From positions 37,401 through 101,400 of the forward strand of contig JBBSQY010000005.1 in NCBI GenBank assembly GCA_038243585.1: a stretch of 64,000 nucleotides of DNA. Reading direction: 5' to 3'. This DNA is from Candidatus Sumerlaeales bacterium (GTDB taxonomy: Bacteria; Sumerlaeota; Sumerlaeia; Sumerlaeales; Sumerlaeaceae). Both the position numbers and the translations under genes were made by a program. Shown here piece after piece: positions 38,755-49,573 of the stretch. The stretch's first letter is position 1, and each line of letters begins with the position of its first letter. Below the pieces are notes generated by a model. It saw only the letters and a list, made by a program, of their open reading frames with translations. It did no database searches and was not told the DNA's origin.

Positions 38755-39428
38755 AGTTCTTCCCGGCGATTAATTCCCAACATGGACTTTCTATCTTTCG
38801 CCGCAGCCCGAATGCTTTCTTTTTTACCGATTGGATCGCGAACGTCGATTATCCGGATTGTCGGATTTGTCACATCGCTAGTGATCATCTCAATATCCCC
38901 ACAGCCGACTATTTTATCCCAGAAATCCTGATTCACAAAGATATCCTTATACTTCTCCAGTTCAACTTCATCGGTTCGCTTGTTCAGCAATCCGTGGGTT
39001 ACGAAAATTCTTTGCGATGTAAGCCTGTATTTCGTGCTATGGTAACGGACAAAATATCGGATTAGCACTGCGAAGACAATAAGTGCGACAACCGCAATTA
39101 CCGCCAACTGTCCCACAGCGATAAACGGCAACGGCACAAATTGGAGGGCAATAACTACAGCTATGCCACCAAGTACCCAAAGTAATACTGCTGGTATCGC
39201 AGTCCACATAGAAGGGTACTCATCCCAAAAAGTCTGCTCCTCTTTCAGGTCTAACGGAGGTGCCATGTAAGCCCCGGTTGGCCCCTGTGCATCAGTGTTC
39301 AGTTTCGCGGAAAATCCAGGCCGATTCGGCGCTGCCGCAGCAATTCCCTCTACCGTTATTGCATTTCCGCAATGCCCGCAAAAATTTGCGCCATCTTCAA
39401 CCGGTAACCCACAATTAGGGCATTTCAT
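38751..39428 (-). CDS. Zinc-ribbon, 2-TM, bacterial PH (bPH_2) domain protein
   Basis: CPNC/CGHC; two TM helices; YRLTSQRI..THGLL and QDFWDKIVGCGDI. Confidence 0.8.
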   Translation of the reverse strand: MKCPNCGLPVEDGANFCGHCGNAITVEGIAAAAPNRPGFSAKLNTDAQGPTGAYMAPPLDLKEEQTFWDEYPSMWTAIPAVLLWVLGGIAVVIALQFVPLPFIAVGQLAVIAVVALIVFAVLIRYFVRYHSTKYRLTSQRIFVTHGLLNKRTDEVELEKYKDIFVNQDFWDKIVGCGDIEMITSDVTNPTIRIIDVRDPIGKKESIRAAAKDRKSMLGINRREEL

Positions 39429-39563
39429 AAACAAAGCTCCCTTGGCATCTTTGATCGAAATATCTGCTGCTCAAAAAAAACCATATTTTTACTTAAAATC
39501 ATATCAGATAACAGCCTAAAGAAAGAACAATGCCAGAAAAAATTGAAAAGGTAGCCGCCGTCA

Positions 39564-40841
39564 ATGACCATAGAAATTAAAAGCATCCTATTAGGCGTGA
39601 CCGGCGGAATTGCCGCCTATAAAGCCGCCGACCTATGTTCAAAACTAACCCAGGCAAAACTATCTGTTAGGGTAGCATTCAGTCGCAATGCCGAAAGGTT
39701 TGTTGCTCCCCTTGTATTTGAAGCTTTGTCTGGCCATCCCGTTTATAGTGATGTGTTTAATGCTGCCACGGCCTACCAGATGGAGCATATTTCATGGGCC
39801 CGCTGGGCAGATGCATATGTTATAGCGCCTGCCTCGGCAGACATTATTGCACGGATGGCGTCGGGCCAATCAGCCGATCCCCTAACAACTCTATACCTTG
39901 CTTTCCGTGGACCTGTTTTCATTGCCCCATCGATGAATACCGCAATGTTTGAGCACCCAGCCACGCAGGCAAACATGGCAACCCTTTCCTCTCGTGGTGT
40001 TACTATCATCCCACCGGGAGTCGGGGCTCTCGCCTGCGGTGAAACCGGATCCGGGCGAATGGCAGAGCCTCAGGATATTATGGCGTTTCTGAATCTCAAC
40101 CCCTCAGGTCTGAGTAGTGCAGTAACAGGCGTCGGTCATCCGGCGTCGGCCCGCCACCATTATCGGCCCACAGACCAGTCTCTGGAAGGTCGCACCGTAC
40201 TCATAACGTCTGGCCCCACAAGGGAGTATTTAGACCCGGTCCGGTTTATATCCAACCCGTCATCAGGGAAAATGGGACTTGCTCTCGCAAACGAAGCCAT
40301 GCGCCGTGGTGCAAAAGTGTATTTTATTACGGGCCCTGTCGACTCCAATTTAATTCCCACAGATAACTGCGAAGTTCATCAAGTAGAGGCTGCGCGAGAG
40401 ATGCTCCAAAAGGTTCAGGAGCTCAAAGCCCAATGCGACATTTTTATATTTGCCGCCGCCGTCGGAGACTTCCGCGCAGCCCAACCAGTAAACAGAAAAA
40501 TTAAGCGTTCTGGCAATTCAATCAGCCTGCCATTAGTAGAAAACCCGGATATTTCACAGGAGATTTCTGTCAATAAACAACCAGGCCAGGTCTGCATCGG
40601 CTTTGCCGCCGAAACCACCGATCACGAATCCAACGCACAAGCAAAGCTGCAAAGAAAACAATTAGACGCCATAGTACTCAATGATATATTAAATCCCACG
40701 ATTGGATTTAGCAGCGAGGAGAACGAAGTCAGTATTTATTTCGAGGAAAGGCCACCAATAACAATCACTCGACGACCAAAACATGAGGTTGCCTACGAAA
40801 TTTTACGAACAGCCGTGCAATTATTAAATGAAAAAGCCTAG
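39564..40841 (+). CDS. coaBC: Phosphopantothenoylcysteine decarboxylase/synthetase
   Basis: GVTGGIAAYK, APSMN, LACGETG.GR, GPTRE.LDPVRFISN.SSGKMG and GFAAET. Confidence 0.95.
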   Translation: MTIEIKSILLGVTGGIAAYKAADLCSKLTQAKLSVRVAFSRNAERFVAPLVFEALSGHPVYSDVFNAATAYQMEHISWARWADAYVIAPASADIIARMASGQSADPLTTLYLAFRGPVFIAPSMNTAMFEHPATQANMATLSSRGVTIIPPGVGALACGETGSGRMAEPQDIMAFLNLNPSGLSSAVTGVGHPASARHHYRPTDQSLEGRTVLITSGPTREYLDPVRFISNPSSGKMGLALANEAMRRGAKVYFITGPVDSNLIPTDNCEVHQVEAAREMLQKVQELKAQCDIFIFAAAVGDFRAAQPVNRKIKRSGNSISLPLVENPDISQEISVNKQPGQVCIGFAAETTDHESNAQAKLQRKQLDAIVLNDILNPTIGFSSEENEVSIYFEERPPITITRRPKHEVAYEILRTAVQLLNEKA

Positions 40842-40854
40842 TAATTAAAAACGG

Positions 40855-42567
40855 CTATCTGATATCGCTGGCGGTAGCGCCCAGCACTTCATCCGCTGTA
40901 GATACGCCCTCAAGTACCTTTGTGATACCCGATCTGCGAAGGGTTTCCATTCCCTCTTCAATGGCAAGCCGCTTAAGCCCAGTGCTTGTTACGCCTGCCA
41001 CGATCTGATCCCGCATATTATCTGTCAGGACCATGATTTCATATAATGCGATACGTCCTTTGAAGCTTCTTCCACTGCAGCGTTCACAACCTTCGCCGCG
41101 ATAAAGTGTAATATCATCCTCGGCTTCTAACAACGCAATAATGTCGGGTGAGGGATGATAGGATTGTTTACAGTTATCACAGATTTTGCGTACCAGTCGC
41201 TGAGCTACGACCATGTTAAGTGCTGCTGTAACCAGGAATGGTTCAACGCCCATGTTAGTCAGTCGGTTTACGCTGCTAGGGGCATCATTTGTATGCAGCG
41301 TACTCAGCACAAGGTGACCTGTCAGTGCCGCTTTAATACCAATTTCAGCGGTTTCCAAGTCGCGAATTTCGCCGACCATGATAATGTCCGGGTCCTGTCG
41401 GAGAAACGCCTTCAGTCCATTCGCAAAAGTAAGATCAATCTCAGGCCTTGCCTGAACCTGGTTAATTCCCTTAAGCTGATATTCAATAGGATCTTCTATG
41501 GTGTTAATGTTCTTGGCGTTGTCATTGATAGTGCTCAGCGCAGAATACAACGTGGTGGATTTACCCGACCCGGTGGGTCCTGTGACTAGACACATTCCCC
41601 ACGGCATTCTGATCTGCTCTTCAAACTTTTCCAGTGCCTCCCGATTCATACCAAGGTCCGTAAGGTTCAGCATCAAATTGCTGCTGTCCAGCAAACGAAT
41701 GACTATCTTTTCTCCGTTAGCCATTGGGCAACTCGAAACACGGAAATCGATATTTTTCCCACTCACCGTTACCTTAAAACGCCCATCCTGTGGCAGGCGC
41801 CGCTCGGCAATATCTAGTTCGCTCATGATCTTGATACGGGAAATGATTGCGTTCTGAAACTTTTTCGGAGGATTTTTCCCCTCCTGCAATACGCCGTCCA
41901 CTCTGTAACGCAGCCGAAACGTTTTCTCATACGGTTCCAAGTGGATGTCACTGGCCCGCATTTTGATTGCTTCCTGTATTATCATGTTAACAAGCTGGAT
42001 AACCGGCGCATCTGTTGGGTCAGGAGCCAGATCATCCACCATGTCGCCGACTTCGTCCATCGACACGTCCATGTTGAAGGATTCCATTTCGTCATCGGAA
42101 ACCTCCTTCAACATCTCGTTAACGTCGTCATCCACCGGGTAATACGTGCGGATGGCCTCTTGAATATCGCTCTCAAAAGAAATGACGGGCACGATCTTGT
42201 TGCTCGTAAGCAGGCGCAACTCATCGATCAGGACGATATTAGACGGGTCTGCCAACGCCACCGTCAGGGTGTCTCCTGTTTTATCAACAGGTATAATCTG
42301 GTACTTGCGAACAATATCTGCCGGAATGGAATCCAGGATATCTGGATCAATTTCATAATGGGACAATGTAATAAACGGAACTTCTAGCTGTCGACCAAGA
42401 GCTGCCGCCAGTTCATATTCGCTGGCGTATCCGCTTTCAATAATGATCCGCCCTAGGCTTCCGCCCCGCTCCGTTTGCTGGTCAAGGGCAACTTCTAACT
42501 GTGAATCCGAGATGATATCATCCCGAACCAGCATCTCCCCTAACTTACGTTCCAATACGCTGGCCAT
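40855..42567 (-). CDS. pilB: Type IV pilus assembly ATPase (PilB/GspE family)
   Basis: N-terminal KLGEMLV...LGRII repeat, ASDIH, RLPQDG, GPTGSGKS, LRQDPD and zinc CxxC pairs. Confidence 0.88.
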   Translation of the reverse strand: MASVLERKLGEMLVRDDIISDSQLEVALDQQTERGGSLGRIIIESGYASEYELAAALGRQLEVPFITLSHYEIDPDILDSIPADIVRKYQIIPVDKTGDTLTVALADPSNIVLIDELRLLTSNKIVPVISFESDIQEAIRTYYPVDDDVNEMLKEVSDDEMESFNMDVSMDEVGDMVDDLAPDPTDAPVIQLVNMIIQEAIKMRASDIHLEPYEKTFRLRYRVDGVLQEGKNPPKKFQNAIISRIKIMSELDIAERRLPQDGRFKVTVSGKNIDFRVSSCPMANGEKIVIRLLDSSNLMLNLTDLGMNREALEKFEEQIRMPWGMCLVTGPTGSGKSTTLYSALSTINDNAKNINTIEDPIEYQLKGINQVQARPEIDLTFANGLKAFLRQDPDIIMVGEIRDLETAEIGIKAALTGHLVLSTLHTNDAPSSVNRLTNMGVEPFLVTAALNMVVAQRLVRKICDNCKQSYHPSPDIIALLEAEDDITLYRGEGCERCSGRSFKGRIALYEIMVLTDNMRDQIVAGVTSTGLKRLAIEEGMETLRRSGITKVLEGVSTADEVLGATASDIR

Positions 42568-42711
42568 CGCGGTTCTACCTAACTAATTAACTTTTTTAAA
42601 TACATTTTTTGGAATTGTGAATCTGTATGGAGAATTTGTTAAACCTTAATAATTGAAATTAAAGACAAATTTTCTCTTGGATTAGTTATTTGAAACTGAA
42701 ATCCCCAGACA

Positions 42712-43911
42712 ATGATTGATATAACGTCGGTTCTTCATATCTCCAAGACAGAGCAATTAGCTCCTCTTCTTCCAAAACTGGAAGAAGCCGCGCGCATCGC
42801 CATTGATACGGAAGCGGACAGCCTCCATCATTATTTCGAAAAGGTCTGCCTGCTACAGGTTTCAGTTCCCGGCGTAAATGCCATTATAGATCCGTTGGAA
42901 GGGATTGATCTTTCCTCACTGCTCGAAATTCTTGCCCGCAAACCCCTTATAATACAAGGTGCGGACTATGACCTGCGCATGATGAAACGCGACTATGACT
43001 TTAACGCCTCCCATATTTTTGACACCATGCTTGCCGCGCAGATTCTTGGATACGAGCGTTTCAGCTACGCCGCCCTGGTAGAAACCCACACAGGCGTTGT
43101 ATTGAGCAAACACGGTCAGAAAGCGGACTGGAGCCAACGACCGCTTCCCGAGAAACTAATCACTTACGCCGCCGCAGATACTCATTACTTGCTTACAGTG
43201 GCCGACCGTCTGGAAGAAGAGCTTGAAGCCGCTGGTCGCAGTTCCTGGTTGGACGAATGCTGCGTGCGCCTGTTGGACTATGTTCACGACGGGATGCGCC
43301 CATCGGATCCGGAAAAGCAGTGGCGCGTAAAGGGATGGCACACCTTGAAACCCGGCAGAGGATGGGCTTTTCTGCGCGAGATGTGGAGATGGCGAGACTC
43401 CGAAGCGCAAAAGGTGGATTATCCGCCTTTTAAGGTCATGAGAAACGAATCCCTCGTGGAAATTGCCATGTGGGCGCAGGAAGGATTTGCGCCGAAAGAT
43501 TTGCCTAAAATCCCCAAAAATATTAATGGCCGCCGCCGCCGCGAAATGGACGCAGCCCTTGCCACCGCTAGAGATATGTCACCATCCGAATGGCCTAAAC
43601 CCTTAGAAACCACCCGCAGAAGTCTGCCGGCGCTGGATGATGTGCTACTTAATGAAATCAAATTTATCCGAGACACTTTTGCAACGAATCTGAAGCTCGA
43701 CCCTGGCTTTCTATTATCGACGTCAAGCATCGCGGCTATAACGGCTGCTCAGCCAAACGAGATTAGCCTGCTGAACGAAGTTGCAAATCTGTACAACTGG
43801 CAGATTGACCTGATGGGAGCTGAGATAATAGACGCTGTAAAAGGAAAACGACTTCCAAAGCCAGTAAAACCAGCAGCTCCAGATCTGACGGCTATCACGA
43901 CCGAAACCTGA
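42712..43911 (+). CDS. rnd: Ribonuclease D (DEDD exonuclease with HRDC domains)
   Basis: IDTEAD, FDTMLAA, DWSQRPL, YAAAD and WRWRD.EA. Confidence 0.85.
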   Translation: MIDITSVLHISKTEQLAPLLPKLEEAARIAIDTEADSLHHYFEKVCLLQVSVPGVNAIIDPLEGIDLSSLLEILARKPLIIQGADYDLRMMKRDYDFNASHIFDTMLAAQILGYERFSYAALVETHTGVVLSKHGQKADWSQRPLPEKLITYAAADTHYLLTVADRLEEELEAAGRSSWLDECCVRLLDYVHDGMRPSDPEKQWRVKGWHTLKPGRGWAFLREMWRWRDSEAQKVDYPPFKVMRNESLVEIAMWAQEGFAPKDLPKIPKNINGRRRREMDAALATARDMSPSEWPKPLETTRRSLPALDDVLLNEIKFIRDTFATNLKLDPGFLLSTSSIAAITAAQPNEISLLNEVANLYNWQIDLMGAEIIDAVKGKRLPKPVKPAAPDLTAITTET

Positions 43912-43924
43912 AAATACGCCCGTA

Positions 43925-44974
43925 ATGATAACCATTCACCACCTCTTAGTCGAAGCCGTAGAACGCGGTGCCAGCGATCTGCATTTAACCCAGAATGCGC
44001 CCCCCATTCTCCGCATAGACGGCGACCTCGAAATCCTCGACCTCCCGCCCCTTACTGCCGGAGAGAGTCGGCGGATGATTTACTCCATCCTAAACGATTC
44101 TCAAAAGGCTGCGTTCGAAGAACGCTGGGAACTCGACCTCAGCATCGAAATCGAAGACATTGGCCGCTTCCGAGTTAACGTCCACAAGCAGCGCGGCGCC
44201 GTTGAAGCCGCATTCCGCGTCGTCAACGACCAGATAAAGTCTCTCAAGCAGCTTGGCCTACCCACCGTAACCGAGGAGATCGCCCGAAAAACCAGCGGAC
44301 TTATCCTCGTCACCGGCCCCACTGGCAGCGGAAAAACCTCAACCCTCGCCGCCATAATCAATCAGATTAACGACGAACAGCATAAGATGATAATCACCGT
44401 AGAAGATCCCATCGAATACATCCACCGCAATAAGAAATCCGTCATCAAACAGCGGGAGGTAACCTCTGATACCCGCTCATTCACAGAAGCACTGCGCCAT
44501 GTTCTGCGCCAGGATCCCGACGTCGTAGTCATCGGTGAAATGCGCGATCTCGAAACAATTTCCACTGCCCTTACGGCTGCGGAAACCGGCCATCTGGTAT
44601 TGGCTACCATCCACACCCCGGACGCCGTTCAGACCATTGACCGCATCATAGATGTATTTCCGCCAAACCAGCAGATGCAGGTACGCATTCAATTAGCGAA
44701 CACACTTCAGGCAATCATTGCTCAAGACTTGCTTCCCGTGCCAGGCGGTCGTGGCCGCGTTCCCGCCACAGAAATTCTAATCGCCACCGTCGGCGGACGA
44801 AACATTATCCGCAACGCCAAGACAGAGCAGCTCAATTCTCTGCTTCAAACCAACTATGACATGGGGATGATGACAATGGACAAGAGTCTGAAAAACCTTT
44901 ATCAGCAGGGCCTGATTAGCTACGAAGACGCCATCAGCAGATCAAAATTCCCCGAGAGCTTCGACACCATTTGA
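43925..44974 (+). CDS. pilT: Type IV pilus retraction ATPase
   Basis: [39 protein letters not shown] and RNIIR. Confidence 0.9.
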   Translation: MITIHHLLVEAVERGASDLHLTQNAPPILRIDGDLEILDLPPLTAGESRRMIYSILNDSQKAAFEERWELDLSIEIEDIGRFRVNVHKQRGAVEAAFRVVNDQIKSLKQLGLPTVTEEIARKTSGLILVTGPTGSGKTSTLAAIINQINDEQHKMIITVEDPIEYIHRNKKSVIKQREVTSDTRSFTEALRHVLRQDPDVVVIGEMRDLETISTALTAAETGHLVLATIHTPDAVQTIDRIIDVFPPNQQMQVRIQLANTLQAIIAQDLLPVPGGRGRVPATEILIATVGGRNIIRNAKTEQLNSLLQTNYDMGMMTMDKSLKNLYQQGLISYEDAISRSKFPESFDTI

Positions 44975-45570
44975 CAGGTCAATGTCACCGTTTTATTCTG
45001 AAGGCGACATTCACCTGTAGAGTTTTACTCTTCCTCCTGTCAACATTGATACCTTTGCAAATATTACCCAAAGAAACTGCATTTGTTACGATTTTGCTAC
45101 TTTTGCTTTCGGTGCTGATTGATTTCGCTATTGGCCGCACCATTTGGCTTTCGGCACAGATCAAAACTCTCCTCGTTTATTTTGGCTATGTTGGAGGCTT
45201 AATGGTATTTGTGTATGCAGACGGCCAGACCGCACGAAATAGTACCCTTATCACAACTCCATTCTTTCTTCTGACGCTCAGCAGCGATGCCATAACTAAC
45301 TCAACGCGGTGGAAACTTTTCTTACCGTTGGCCGTAATTGGCATTATTATTTCCACACTGTCTTATGAAAAGTTTTCATTCCCATATAAACTGCCATATT
45401 CCAGTTTTTATCACGCAGCTACTCCCCTGTTTGGTGCGCTCACGCGTCTATTCTTCCCAAGGACTAAAAATCTTATCCATACCAGCCTGGATTTTCCGCC
45501 GCTGCGCGTTGAGGTCTTGTCCATGGGGATGAAGCACATAGCCGCAGTAGGTATCCGGCGAAATTCTTAG
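44971..45570 (+). CDS. Hypothetical membrane protein
   Basis: Hydrophobic 199-aa ORF overlapping the pilT stop (TTGA). Confidence 0.45.
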   Translation: MTGQCHRFILKATFTCRVLLFLLSTLIPLQILPKETAFVTILLLLLSVLIDFAIGRTIWLSAQIKTLLVYFGYVGGLMVFVYADGQTARNSTLITTPFFLLTLSSDAITNSTRWKLFLPLAVIGIIISTLSYEKFSFPYKLPYSSFYHAATPLFGALTRLFFPRTKNLIHTSLDFPPLRVEVLSMGMKHIAAVGIRRNS

Positions 45571-45608
45571 CTGCAAGTATGAACAAACGGCCACAATAAC
45601 ATAAGTAA

Positions 45609-46001
<393 letters not shown>

Positions 46002-46073
46002 CGAGAATACAATTTTCGAATTACAGACTACCAATTGTGTCATCGCCTCTAGAGGCAAATTACGGAGAACCAA

Positions 46074-48314
46074 TTGATCGCTATAACCCCTCAACTTATT
46101 GAAGAACACGGCGTAACCCCGGAAGAATACCAGACCATTCTGGACATTCTTGGCCGTGAGCCAAACATTACTGAACTCGGTATATTTTCCGTTATGTGGA
46201 GCGAACACTGCTCCTACAAAAACTCGAAACCGCTGCTAATAACTTTCCCGACGGAAGGACCGCAGGTTCTTCAGGGGCCGGGCGAAAACGCCGGCGTTGT
46301 GGATTTCGATGAGAAATACGCCATCGTGTTCAAAATGGAATCTCACAATCACCCCTCCGCCCTCGAGCCTTATCAGGGCGCGGCCACTGGCGTTGGCGGC
46401 ATACTGCGGGACATCTTCACCATGGGCGCTCGCCCCATCGCCCTACTTGACCCCCTGCGGTTCGGTGATCCGTCCGACGCCCGCACCCGCCACATCATTA
46501 AGGGCGTGGTCGAGGGTATTGCCGACTACGGCAACGCCGTTGGCGTGCCGACAATCGGCGGCGAATGCTGCTTCTCCCCCGCTTATAACGGGAACCCGTT
46601 GGTCAACGTCATGTGCCTCGGAATCATCGAAAAAGACAAAATCACCCGCGCCGTCGCATCCGGCGTCGATAACCTGGTTGTCTACTACGGCAACAGCACG
46701 GGACGCGATGGCATCCACGGTGCCACCTTCGCCAGCACGGAACTGACAGAAGAAAGCGAAGACCGCCGCAGCGCAGTTCAAGTAGGCGATCCATTCACTG
46801 AAAAGAAAATTCTCGAAGCAACCCTGGAGCTAATCTCCGCAAACGCCTGTGTTGCCATACAGGATATGGGCGCCGCCGGTCTCACGTGCTCGTGCGCAGA
46901 AATGGCCGGGCGCGGTGGCATGGGCATCGAAATTGAACTAAACAAAGTGCCCCAGCGCGCCGACAACCTGAGCGCCTACGAAATGATGCTCAGCGAAAGC
47001 CAGGAACGCATGCTTGCCATCGTCGAACCCGGCAAGCTGGAATTGGCTAACGGCATTCTCCGCAAGTGGGACCTGGAAGCCCACGTGCTGGGCAAGCTGG
47101 ACAACAGCGGACTGATGAAGGTTTTCCACGACGGCAAGCTCCAGGCAGAGCTTCCCGCAGACAAAGTTTCCGACAATTCCCCCGTGTACCATCGCGAATC
47201 TAAACGGCCAGCATATATGGACACGCTACCCGACGCCCGAAAGTACGACACATCGACTTTGGGCGATATCAAAACCCTCGTCCTCGATTATCTCGCGTCC
47301 CCAAATATCTGCTCTAAGCGCTGGATTTTCCAGCAATATGACCACATGGTTCAGACGCAGACAGTTACGCCTCCCGGCGACAACGCTTCTGTATTGAAAG
47401 TGCATGAAACAAAGCACTACGTCTCAGCCGCCACCGACGGCAACGGTCTTTATTGTTACGTTGATCCTTACGAAGGCGGCAAGCTCGCCGTGGCCGAGAG
47501 CGCCCGCAACGTCGCATGCACCGGTGCCCGCCCTTTGGCCATCACCAACTGCCTGAATTTCGGTAGCCCGTTGAAACCAGAAGTTTTTTTCCAACTCGCC
47601 GAGTCCGTCCGCGGCATAGGCGAAGCCTGCTCCGCGCTCAACACCCCCGTCACTGGCGGCAATGTCAGCCTTTATAATGAAAACCCGGAAGGTGCCATCT
47701 GGCCAACGCCAGTCATTGGCATGGTCGGCAAAATTGCCCATCCAGCCAAGCCAGTGACCGCCGGATTTAAATCCGCCGGAGATACTATTTTCCTCCTCGG
47801 CTCCGCTGCAGTACACCTTGGCGCATCCGAGATTCTGCGTTGGAAGACAGGTAAAGAATATGCGCCCTGCCCTACGTGCAACTTGGCAGATGAAAGAAAT
47901 TTGATTGAGCTCCTCGTCGAAGCCAACGCCGCAGGGCTTCTTCAATCTGCCCACGACTGTGGCACAGGTGGTTTGGCCGTAACCCTGGCCGAATCCTTAA
48001 TTAAAGGAGTGTCAGGCGTGGGAGCAAACATAGATATTACCGCACTTAATCCTGACACTATAACAGAATTACTTGCTGAAACGGCTACCCGAGTTATAAT
48101 ATCCGTTTCTCCTTCGAACCAACCGGCTTTTCAGTTATTATGTGAAACCTACAATGTGCCGGCTCACAATCTCGGCGATGTCAGCAATGACGGTCAGCTA
48201 ATTATGACCACTTCCGAAGGTCCTGTCACATGGCCCGTTTCGAAGATGGAATTAGCATATGAATCAATCGATTCCATCTTTCCCCGCAATCAAATCGAGG
48301 TGCCTCTTCATTGA
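46074..48314 (+). CDS. purL: Phosphoribosylformylglycinamidine synthase subunit PurL (small type)
   Basis: [37 protein letters not shown] and [11 protein letters not shown] start after GGAG. Confidence 0.96.
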   Translation: MIAITPQLIEEHGVTPEEYQTILDILGREPNITELGIFSVMWSEHCSYKNSKPLLITFPTEGPQVLQGPGENAGVVDFDEKYAIVFKMESHNHPSALEPYQGAATGVGGILRDIFTMGARPIALLDPLRFGDPSDARTRHIIKGVVEGIADYGNAVGVPTIGGECCFSPAYNGNPLVNVMCLGIIEKDKITRAVASGVDNLVVYYGNSTGRDGIHGATFASTELTEESEDRRSAVQVGDPFTEKKILEATLELISANACVAIQDMGAAGLTCSCAEMAGRGGMGIEIELNKVPQRADNLSAYEMMLSESQERMLAIVEPGKLELANGILRKWDLEAHVLGKLDNSGLMKVFHDGKLQAELPADKVSDNSPVYHRESKRPAYMDTLPDARKYDTSTLGDIKTLVLDYLASPNICSKRWIFQQYDHMVQTQTVTPPGDNASVLKVHETKHYVSAATDGNGLYCYVDPYEGGKLAVAESARNVACTGARPLAITNCLNFGSPLKPEVFFQLAESVRGIGEACSALNTPVTGGNVSLYNENPEGAIWPTPVIGMVGKIAHPAKPVTAGFKSAGDTIFLLGSAAVHLGASEILRWKTGKEYAPCPTCNLADERNLIELLVEANAAGLLQSAHDCGTGGLAVTLAESLIKGVSGVGANIDITALNPDTITELLAETATRVIISVSPSNQPAFQLLCETYNVPAHNLGDVSNDGQLIMTTSEGPVTWPVSKMELAYESIDSIFPRNQIEVPLH

Positions 48315-49384
48315 GCAAATGGCCGCCCCCTCCGTCATTTAACCAAGCGCCCCAGCCGCCTGCCGCATCGCCCCGCGCTGGATGTGGACGCGCCGTTGCC
48401 ATAACTGTTATTCTGACTTTTGTCAGCATCGCGGTGGTTCTATTGATCACTAGATCGGGTGGAGATTATATGCCCGTGCTTGAAGAATCCGTCGGAATTA
48501 TTCGCATAGAAGGTCCCATTACCGACAGTCGCGACACCGTGGAAGCAATAAGGAAGTTTCGAGAAAGCAAGCTCATTTCAGCCATCGTTCTCCGCTTAGA
48601 GACCCCCGGCGGCGGAGTAGGCGCCAGCGAAGAAATCTATCGGGAAGCGCTGAGGGCTGGCATCGAAGATGAAAAACCCGTCATCGTAAGCATGGGAAGC
48701 GTCGCAGCCTCCGGGGGCTATTACATTGCCGCCGCCGCCCAACACATCTTCGCAACCTCCGGCACCATCACAGGAAGTATAGGCGTAATCTCTCCCATGT
48801 TTAACGTGAGCGAGACACTGGCGAAAATTGGCGTAAAACAAAGTTCTCTTACCACCGGCGAACACAAAGACACCGGCAGCCCATTTGATGAACAGACTAC
48901 GGGCGAACGAGCCCTTCTCCAAGGTGTCATAAACGATATGTACAGGCAGTTCTTTCAGGTTGTCCTGCAGGCACGCCACAAAGCCATCTCTCAGGCGGAA
49001 ACCTCTGGAACTATTGCTGAGGTAATTAATGCAGCACAAACAAAAATTGCTGGTCAGAATGTTGAGTGGTCAACCTTTACAACTGGAACTGTCGCCTCGG
49101 CCCTTGGCGTGTCGGTAGAATCGGAAACCGCCCTGCGTAAGCTGGCCGACGGCCGCGTGTATACCGGTGAACAAGCCCTGAAGGTCGGATTGGTTGACAC
49201 CATCGGAACCCTTCAGGATGCCGTAGACTTCGCCGGACGAAAAGTTGGCCTGGGCGATGATCCCCCCACAATAGACCGTACCCCCGGCGCCGACGCCTCA
49301 ACATGGTTCGGCTCCAGCGTGCGAAAATTCCTGCAAGAAGCCACTGCCCCCACCCAGTCGATCCAGCTTAGAAGCCAATTTTAA
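48311..49384 (+). CDS. sppA: Signal peptide peptidase SppA (short form)
   Basis: [28 protein letters not shown] and GLVD. Confidence 0.9.
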   Translation: MSKWPPPPSFNQAPQPPAASPRAGCGRAVAITVILTFVSIAVVLLITRSGGDYMPVLEESVGIIRIEGPITDSRDTVEAIRKFRESKLISAIVLRLETPGGGVGASEEIYREALRAGIEDEKPVIVSMGSVAASGGYYIAAAAQHIFATSGTITGSIGVISPMFNVSETLAKIGVKQSSLTTGEHKDTGSPFDEQTTGERALLQGVINDMYRQFFQVVLQARHKAISQAETSGTIAEVINAAQTKIAGQNVEWSTFTTGTVASALGVSVESETALRKLADGRVYTGEQALKVGLVDTIGTLQDAVDFAGRKVGLGDDPPTIDRTPGADASTWFGSSVRKFLQEATAPTQSIQLRSQF

Positions 49385-49573
49385 TAATTAAAGCCACAAA
49401 TGCTCGCGCTGCTGTACTAAAAAACTGTTAAGCAAAAAAGTCCAGCATCATGCAGTGCGGCAATCTGTCGCCGCCTTATAAGTGCGGTAAGTACACCAGC
49501 CCTGCGACTGGGAGCCTTTCCCGTCACTGATTATAAGAAGCAACCGCTCTATACCTTTACAGGACCCTACAAA

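Noticed and set aside
46002..46073. Purine or ZTP riboswitch before purL (also checked before purE)
   Set aside because: The spacers are too short and lack the consensus elements.
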